Of a stretch of 64,000 nucleotides of DNA, positions 54,643-64,000 are shown one piece after another. A program made the position numbers and the translations under genes. The DNA lies in NCBI RefSeq assembly GCF_006345805.1, contig NC_043001.1, forward strand, positions 94,178,001 through 94,242,000, written 5' to 3'. Below the pieces are notes generated by a model. That model was not told where the DNA came from, did not search any database, and saw only the letters and a program-made list of their open reading frames with translations. Origin of the DNA: Octopus sinensis. Lineage: Eukaryota. Position 1 is the stretch's first letter, and each line of letters begins with the position of its first letter.

Positions 54643-54941
54643 GTTTACATAAACATTTACATGGTAAATTTTGCTAGTGACTTCGAAGTTTCTCTTTGCT
54701 CGTCTTCGTCAGGCGGTTTCACGCTATGTGAACATGGTGAAACATCAATGTTAATGACAACATTTTGCTATAAAAGTTTAATAAAGACATACTCCGTTGA
54801 AAAGTATTGTCTAATCATCCAGATTAATGTTGCATTGTTTTATATATAACCAGAAATATGAAGAAAAACATTCGCATATACACAATGCACACACACACAT
54901 ACACATGCACACAAACATATACATATACATATATATATATA

Positions 54942-54975
<34 letters not shown>

Positions 54976-55044
54976 TGTGTGTGTGTGTGTGTGTGTGTGC
55001 GTGTGTGTGTGTGTATGTGTGTGTGTCTGTGTATGAATATATAT

Positions 55045-55075
<31 letters not shown>

Positions 55076-55864
55076 GTATGTATATATGTATGTATATCTA
55101 TATGTATGTATGTGTGTGCGTGTTTATGAATTTTGAGAAGCATCAAACTTTTTCGGTAATAAATTTGCTACAGTGGACTAATTTTCATGGATGGTAGAGC
55201 TAGTGTTAATCTGTTGGCATAGCAATTCAATCAAACGTATTGCTTGCTGTTCAAAGCTAATTGATTCAATGGACACGGCATCTACAAACGCAAAATTGCA
55301 TTATATTATATCTATGTAGAACTGGCGAACAGTTGTGACTTGTCCAAGAATGGATTTGATGGAGATGGTAGGTTTACATATATCATACAAAATGATGTTA
55401 TAATGCAAATAACAGCACCGACCTCATAATAACCTCATATTATTTATCTGAAATAATATAATAACGTTCGAATATTAAATATCTTCCGAAAAAGATGAGA
55501 TTTTGTGTAGGATTGAATGTAATTGAACTGTACCTAAAATGTCTCGCATACACATATGTGTATATGATAATACATACAAATACGGCGGAATAAGTATATT
55601 GGTATGGTGTTGCTGGCCTGTTAAAATATAGCGAACAAATGGTCTTCAAATAATATCTTGCAATTATTTGTAAGAATATAGAGATCTGATAATACAGTCC
55701 AAAACAAACTGTGTCTAGAGAGAAGACTAGTTGTTTATGCATGGAACAAATTACACCAGATGTTAGATAGATAAGTTCCGATTTAGCTTACACAACAACT
55801 CCGCGGATTTCCCCTCAGATTACTAATGACATTGCAACAGTATTCAGTTTTTATTGATATCATA

Positions 55865-56026
55865 GTCGCAGGTTTTACAACGTGGCAATAAATTTGCTTC
55901 CCAACGATATGGTGCCGGGTTCAGTCCCGATGTGTGGCAACTTCCACTATTGTCTTCTGCTATAATCTCTAGCCGAAGAAAGCTTTGCGAGTGGATTTGG
56001 TAGACACCAACGTAAAGAAGCCCGTC

Positions 56027-56085
<59 letters not shown>

Positions 56086-56280
56086 GGGGGGGGTGTATGT
56101 TTGCGTGTGTTTGTGTCTGTGTGTAACGGCCACCACGCTTGACAATCGGCAAAAGAGCCCAGGGAAATATGTACTAGGCTTAAGATAAATAAGTCCTGGA
56201 ATCCATTTGCTCCACTAAAATACCTTTGCGGAGGTACTCCAGCATGGCCGCAGTCAAATAACCAAAACAAATAAATGGTG
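55865..56280 (+). mobile_element. Diverged SINE family A
   Basis: gggttcagtccc…gagtggatttggtagac…aaagaagcccgtcg…ctccagcatggccgcagtcaaat. Confidence 0.8.
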
Positions 56281-57419
56281 AAAAATAAAAGATCTGAGAG
56301 ACCATACTTTTAAACACTTTGTAATGCAACGCCAACATAAGTGAACATTTCTCAGTATAAAAGCTGTGGAGGGCAATATTCCAAGCCGTGCTACCATAGC
56401 TGTCACATAGAAGACACTTCTGATGAGGAAGATTATCAGATTTTCAGTATGTGGAGGCTACCGGAGTAGGTGGAAATAACACGATAGCAGGATAAAAGAC
56501 TTACTACTAAGAATGCACACATAAACATAACCAGATACCCATCTTCCGAAAAAATATATCATTGCCTATGACGAATCAAATGCCACTAAATGTACGAATG
56601 ACAAGCCTTGATCTCAAATACTTCATCTATCGAAACTTTTGTCGAATCACTAAGTTAGGGAGACGTAAAAAATAACTAACACACCGGTCGTCAAACTGCT
56701 GTGAGTACAACCACGCTCAAAACTACATACTTACGTAATAGGTACATATATACATACATATTAACATACCTACATATCTGTTAGGTCTAATTATCACCCG
56801 AAGAAACACATCTACACCGATGGATACTCGTAAACCATTTATCAAGTATCTCTCACGTGAGGAAACAATTATAGTGATTTTTAAAATTTTCGTATCTGCC
56901 ATCTTCCGTCTCTCATTAACCAAATATATATGTATATATATGTATACACACACACATACACATATATATTTATTTATATATATATACACACACATATATA
57001 TTTATTTATATATATATATATATATTGGATTCGAAATTCCACCACAACTACCGACGAAGGCAGGAGAGTAAATCAGCTGAAGCGTTGTGGTAATAAGAAA
57101 GTAGTTAAGGACACTTATCCATCCATTGTAAATAATACACGCTCAAGTATATGGAATATAATTAAGACTCCGTTCAGTTAGGTATTAAATTGTGGTACCT
57201 TGCTAGGTCGGTATCATCCGTACACCCAAACAATATCAATTTAATATTGAATGTGAAGACTCCGTGTAAGGGTGTTGTACCCGATATTCCTGCCGTGTGT
57301 GCAGACAACGTAACCCAGCTAAACGAAGGCTTCCGCTCGTGGTAATTCAGACGTATATTTTTGTTAAAGGTAATTTCTGTAGAATTTGCGATGTGCAGAT
57401 TCCAAGTTAGGTAAATAAA

Positions 57420-57794
57420 ATATAAATGAGGAACAAAGATTTATTGGTGTTAATTCGTACTGGTGGCACGGCCGTTTCAGGCAACTCCCTTAATTGATTA
57501 ATGAAGACATTTCATCATTTGAAAGAAAACATAAAATTATAGTACACTTATTTTCTAAACCCATTCTGCCAAAGATATGACAAAAAAACAAACAAAAAGA
57601 AAACAAAATCAATATTTTGAATTGCATTATTCATATGAAAAAAAAAAATATTTGTATCATATATGTTTGAAGTCTATGCGGTCAACTAACGAGAACGGTT
57701 TCTATCAAACGAGGTAATGTTTTCATTAATCAATTGAAGGATTTGTTTGAAATGACCGGAATGATTTGACACCTGTACATCTTTGCTATTCTTT

Positions 57795-57800
<6 letters not shown>
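57420..57800. mobile_element. Old inverted pair of the hammerhead-bearing family seen at 53925-54060
   Basis: cggccgtttcaggcaactcccttaattgattaatgaagacatt (-) faces aatgttttcattaatcaattgaaggatttgtttgaaatgaccg (+). Decayed core tcaa-CTAACGA-gaac…gttt-GAAA-tgaccg-GA-atga. Confidence 0.65.
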
Positions 57801-57829
<29 letters not shown>

Positions 57830-57951
57830 TGATACTTTGATAGGTTTCGGCCATTATTGGCCCAGGCCATGTCTAACTTAATAGCACCACCTGGTGAATT
57901 AAGATAGATAGATAGAGATAGATAGATAGATAGATAGAGATAGATAGATAG

Positions 57952-58006
<55 letters not shown>

Positions 58007-58067
58007 ACGTAAAAGGAGAAACAGAGAATTTGCTAAATTTGCTAAACAGAGAATATATATATATATT

Positions 58068-58103
<36 letters not shown>

Positions 58104-58566
58104 ATATATAATTATATATATATGGATCTGAGTTTCCAATCAGTTAAATTTTCCTAAGTTCAGTCATGAATCGTTAGTCCACATCAGACTGTGGTCTGCT
58201 TATTCACATTGCCATGTCTGTTCCCAAGGCAGTTTAGAAAGTGCCCATTCTATATAAATAAATTGACTCATTGTGATTTCAATGATATTGTGAACATTAC
58301 ATTTCAGCATCACACGAAATTTTTACATGAACTATTACCGTTAGATACTAGACAGGCACCTAATCCCTTTGCTAATATATATATAAGTTTAAATAACTAT
58401 TGTTATGCTCAAATGTATCACCTTTCAAGTGCGTAATTATTTAATTGTCTGTAGAATAATTGTTAGAATTGTTTTGTACATCAAAACATTTTACTAGGAT
58501 TCTAACGTGTATAGCTAGCAAATTCTCTGTTTCTCCTTTTACGTTCTATCTATCTATCTATCTATC

Positions 58567-58613
<47 letters not shown>

Positions 58614-58744
58614 AATGAACATGTCTGTCTATCGATTTATTTGTTTGTCTGTTTGTTCATCACCCTCTCTACCTCTCTCCATTTCCCGTCTCCAATTTTT
58701 CATTCACTAATTCTTCTTATATATATATGTATATATAGATATAC

Positions 58745-58778
<34 letters not shown>

Positions 58779-58789
58779 GCGTGTGTGTC

Positions 58790-58854
<65 letters not shown>

Positions 58855-59003
58855 TATATTTATATATATATATATACATTTATCGATAGTCATTATACTT
58901 ACACTAAATATACGCGTATGTACATATAGATGCATACATATATAGTGTGTGTGAATGTGCATACACACACACAAGCACACGCACAGACACACACACACAC
59001 ACT

Positions 59004-59065
<62 letters not shown>

Positions 59066-59949
59066 CATATATATGAGTCTGTGTATATAAGGTGTGCATA
59101 AACCTATCTCCATATGTACGTATGTTAAATCGATTTAATACAAGCTAAACCGATTTCAACTTCTATAAATTGCTGCAAATCAAAAGTCACCAAAATCATA
59201 CCCACCGTTTGACTCACTCATTTATATTTGTCTTTGATCTTTGCTATTTGGTAATATCATTGGAATTATTTGTGTGAAGTAAAGCAATTTATGTTGTACG
59301 AAAGTTAATTCATACATATTTAAGATTTATGTGATGGAAGGTAACAGGCTTGCTTTATAGTTACCAATGGAATCTATTGATGACCATCTTCTTCATACGT
59401 AATTCCTTTGATGATTGCACATTGCAGTTCTTGATATGCAACTTCACTAGCAAACGGGACATATAAAATATTTCACTGGACCTGTCAGTTATATCTGTAC
59501 ATGAAGTTTTTTCTCCTCGTAATATTGAGTGCATTTCATTTCCATAAAGTGCGTCTATCTCTAAGAAGGGAACCGCAAGAATGACAAATAATAGTGTTTT
59601 CCATTTGTGAATTGGTGGGGCTTTTCCTCTTTAAAGCGAATTTACATGGTCTTTGAATTGTCTCTCTGCCCCCACAAATTGTGGTTAAGATTGATGTAGG
59701 TGATCTTAGGAAGAAGATAAGAGAAACAATATCCTATACTCTAATAGGCAAGTCTTTTCAGTGCATGTCTGTGTAGTCCTATTTTTTAAATGCGTTGTAC
59801 GTGTATTCATGTGTGTGTTATGTGTGTACATACATATGTGATCTGTACCTCTCAGTCCTAGCGACGCACGGTAAAAATGGCTGCAAGTTAGACAAGAACA
59901 TTTGTATACAGGCAGAGTGTCGCTAAGCCCCTGCAAACCCTGCTGTCGG

Positions 59950-60340
59950 AGCCCCTTGTGGGCAGTAAAGAAATGAGTATTTCGTCTGCCGTTAGGTTCT
60001 GAGTTCAAATTCCGCCGTGCCTGATTTTGCCTTTCATCCTTTCGGGGTCGATTAAATAAGTACCAGTTACGCACTGAGGTCGATATAATCGACTTAATCC
60101 GTTTGTCTGTCCTTGTTTGTCCTCTCTGTGTTTAGCCCCTTGTGGGTAGTAAAGAAATAGGTATTTCGTCTGCCGCTACGTTCTGAGTTCAAATTCCGCC
60201 AAAGTCGACTTTGCTTTCCATCATTTCAGGGTCGATTAAATAAAGTACCAGTTACGCACTGGGGTTGATGTAATCGATTTTATCCCCTTGTCTGTCCTTG
60301 TTTGACTCTCTACGTTTAGTCCCCTGTGGGCAATAAAGAA
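59950..60340 (+). mobile_element. SINE family B, head-less tandem units
   Basis: Repeated gccccttgtggg.agtaaagaaat…gagttcaaattccgcc…ggggtcgattaaataagtaccag. Confidence 0.85.
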
Positions 60341-62357
60341 AAATATACATACATATGTACATACATATACAAACTCACTCACACATTTATATATTAGAAG
60401 CCTTGCTAACTGGACAGCTCCAACAGCGCTTCTGTAGGAATATTCACAAACCAGACTTTATCGAAATTTATTGACGATAATTTAACCTTCCACGATGCTG
60501 ACGTTCTATTTCATCTGAGCTTCGCACTGCATAACGCCGCCAAAATTAATTGATCGATGGCGTACAGGTTTGTTTCGATTTCCCTATTATTATGCTTTCG
60601 GGATGCAATGATGATATTTCCAAGAGATTTGGGTTTTCGTGTTTACTGTGATAACCCAGCCATTGATTTATCCATTATATACGGCACGTTGGATTACATA
60701 CTATTGATTTTGCTTTGTAATTCTCCTTTGAGTGCAGGTCTGGAATATTTATTTCATTAATTTAGTAGTCTGCATAAGTTGCTGATCTAAAGATGTCGTT
60801 TAGTGCGGTCATACAAAAGTACTAAAATGCTCAAATACTTTCAATGAATTATATCGTTACCAGATATATCAAAGGATGGATGGCTTCCTTGTTGTTCCTT
60901 CTACATACTGCTTAATATTATTTTCTCACCTTCCGCATTACCTGTGTCTCAATCTAATTTGCAGGATTGCTTGTTTTTGTATGTTTGTTGTACTTTTTCG
61001 ATCTCAAATGTTTATAGATGATTTATCTTTCTATTAATACCTCTGGCGTTTTTGTTTTCATAATTCTTCCATAATTACGGTTTGCAAATAATGTTTATGT
61101 GTGTGTGTTAGATATCTGTGTGTGTTTTTGCATGTGTGTGAGACAATATCTGTGTATCAATGTATGTATGTGTGTATGTTGGTTGGATGTATATATGTGT
61201 GCGCACCTGCGTGTATTGTTATATTATTACATTAGTCAGTAGAAGCAAAAGTTGTGTCTCACTGACAGTGAACATTCATCACCAGTTTCCAAAAGAATTA
61301 CACAAATTACTTTTTTAGAGTTACCAATGACTAGGTCTCGAAAGCAAAATAACAGTTGATACAAGCTTCGTTTACTCTATGTAACATTGAGTCTTCTGTA
61401 CGCAAATGTATTGTTTAAATATATATGTGGCATATATAACTATTTTTTGTTCCATATGATGAATTCTCATATGATTGTCAGTGTAACCTATTAGTGATAA
61501 GTAAATATTCCGTAGGTACAGATCTGTTATTATGAAACATGTTTTCACTGTCGAAAAAAATAAATTCTGGTTTACGTAGAAGTTTGAAAATAGGGAGAAT
61601 TCATTACCTCAACGCCTGAATACAAGTGACAACTGTATGAAATCCATAAATAAAAATATAATTAAATTATAACTAAATGAGATTGTGCATACATGAATAG
61701 GTATATCTCAAGAATATAAGAGCTATTTAATTTGTTTTATGTTTTAAGAAAATTATGAGGATGTCTATGGCACTTCCGAAGACATGTTCGTCATTCTGTT
61801 ACTCTCTTATTCTGAAAAGATTATTAAGGTAGTAATTAGTATTTGAGATTGAATGTTGTTAGTATCTGACTCAGAATATATTAAATCTGGAGTAACGCAA
61901 TACAGGAGTTGAGAAATACATAAATTGAAACAAGAAGATGTGAATGCATATCATGTTCATTAGAAAAAATAGTTACTGATAATCGATAAGATTTAAATTC
62001 AGTTCATCATATGTATACAGCTGTGGAAGTTGAAACCATTTTCTCAGCGATATTTAGCACTACAATTCGCAAACTATCATCAACATCTCCTCAACAAGAA
62101 AAGAGACGGAAATATAATACCACGTTAAGGTAATGTATAAAGCGTCTTTCTAGTATCGGAACGCAAGTAAATAGTGTGAACTAGAAAAAGATACAGTCAC
62201 ATGAGTGATTATATCAGCAATATATACTACAATAAAGGAAAGGAAAAACATCTGTGACATCCTGGTTAATATTGTGATTAACATACTGCATCGCTAAGGA
62301 TCTGGTGAATAAAATATTTGCATAAAATCATTTGCAAATTATTTGATATATATATAT

Positions 62358-62564
62358 TACTCTTTAACTCTTTTACTTGTTTCAGTCATTTGACTGTGGC
62401 CATGCTGGAGCACTGCCTTTAGTCGAGAAAATTGACCCCAGAACTTATTCTTTGTAAGCCTAGTCCTTTTTCAATCGGTCTCTATTGCCGAACAGCTAAG
62501 TTGCGGGGACGTAAACACACCAGCATCGGTTGTCAAGCAAGGTTGGGGGGACAAACACACACAC

Positions 62565-62633
<69 letters not shown>

Positions 62634-62635
62634 AG

Positions 62636-62681
<46 letters not shown>

Positions 62682-62755
62682 GACGGGCTTCTTTCAGTAT
62701 CCGTGTAGCAAATCCACTCACAAGGCTTTGGTCAGCCCGAGGCTATAGTAGAAGT
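62358..62755 (-). mobile_element. SINE family A, 5'-truncated
   Basis: Tail and body homologous to 18107-18440. Confidence 0.88.
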
Positions 62756-63272
62756 GCTTGAGAATCGTTTGCACTGGACATCGAGAACATTTCATTTCTG
62801 AGCATGTTGCCTTTGAGACATTCCCTCTTCATGATGATCTACGATTTGACCTCACTCACAATCACTCAAATTCCTTGTTTAAGGCATTTTATTGTCTATT
62901 AACTGTATCTACAACGTATTTTAGCATAAAACTCTGAAATAATCAACGAAACATAAGTTAACTTTGGACGTTGGTCTAACTCATAATTGGTTGCTTATAA
63001 AAGCAGTAACTGATGCTAAAGGATGGTCAACCAGATATTAAAACTAATGCATATTGTGAGATATACCGTAATCTGCCATGTGCATGAGTTTCATTAACAT
63101 TGAGATAGGAGAACTCCAAAACATTGGGTGGCCTAAAACATTTGGCCAAGTCTATATATATACATACATAAACATACATAGGCATATATACATATACATA
63201 TATGTGTGTGTAAATGAATATATATTCCTACACTGCCAATCACACATCCATGCATACAAATATTTATATTAA

Positions 63273-63322
<50 letters not shown>

Positions 63323-63546
63323 CGTGTGTGTGTGTGTATATATATAGCCCTGTATATCTAATTATACTTCCAGACACACACAACACACACACACATACAC
63401 CCACGCACATATGTGTGTGTGCGTCTGTGTATCTACGTTTTACGTATATTCATATGAAGAGCAAACTTATCTTTATGATTGTGTATGTTCCAGTGGGTGT
63501 ATATTTGCATGTGTATCCATAACCTGTAAGCAATTCAACACTGAGT

Positions 63547-63580
<34 letters not shown>

Positions 63581-63943
63581 CGAATTGTAATGATGCTATC
63601 CTATGAATCCATGTCTTTGCAATTGCAAATAACGCTTGCACGTACACATAAAATACATTACGTACCTGCAGCAGAAACCATTTATGTAGGCGATATCACA
63701 AGCAGCCCTCACGTGGAAAGCTTTCAAATGCTGTCTTAAAACATCACGTATGACAACTGCTAAACGTAGTAAATATCGGAGAAACTTGATAGATACTCAC
63801 TCAATAGGATTTCTCGTTTGGCACTGTGATATAACTGGTCGAGTTATGAATCTAGTATATTTGGCGAATTAATAATTACATATGGACAGATTCTACATGT
63901 CAACTAAAAACATACATGCCTGCGCGTGGACACAGATGCACAC

Positions 63944-63991
<48 letters not shown>

Positions 63992-64000
63992 ATATATATA

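Noticed and set aside
59950-60340. CRISPR-like or tandem array
   Set aside because: Units are SINE family B bodies; no repeat-spacer structure, and the context is eukaryotic.
60400-60790. Possible PLE GIY-YIG remnant on the minus strand (YVIQRA)
   Set aside because: Similarity too short and broken to support by eye.

Overview
AT-rich, microsatellite-dense eukaryotic DNA. The SINE families, (TA)n/(CA)n load and transposon content point to a coleoid cephalopod (Octopus-like) genome; this is inference. No complete host gene is present. There is one plausible internal coding exon (minus strand, ~43914-44114), an intronless two-RRM pseudogene and a tRNA-Glu-derived sequence. The rest is mostly mobile-element material: two CR1-type LINE copies, one mariner, two Tc1 copies, a mariner MITE, a non-autonomous Helitron and about 25 tRNA-derived SINE copies or fragments. 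The most interesting signal is a set of short non-coding elements, mostly next to (TA)n tracts. They carry type I hammerhead ribozyme motifs with short palindromic stem III, and/or are built as a fold-back hairpin plus a single-copy tail, or as a 1.2-mer direct repeat. This resembles Penelope-like (PLE) pseudo-LTR or retrozyme-like elements. One such terminus is fused to the RRM retrocopy, and a CR1 3' tail is fused to a near-intact pre-tRNA. All alignments and folds were done by eye; coordinates of degenerate repeats are approximate.
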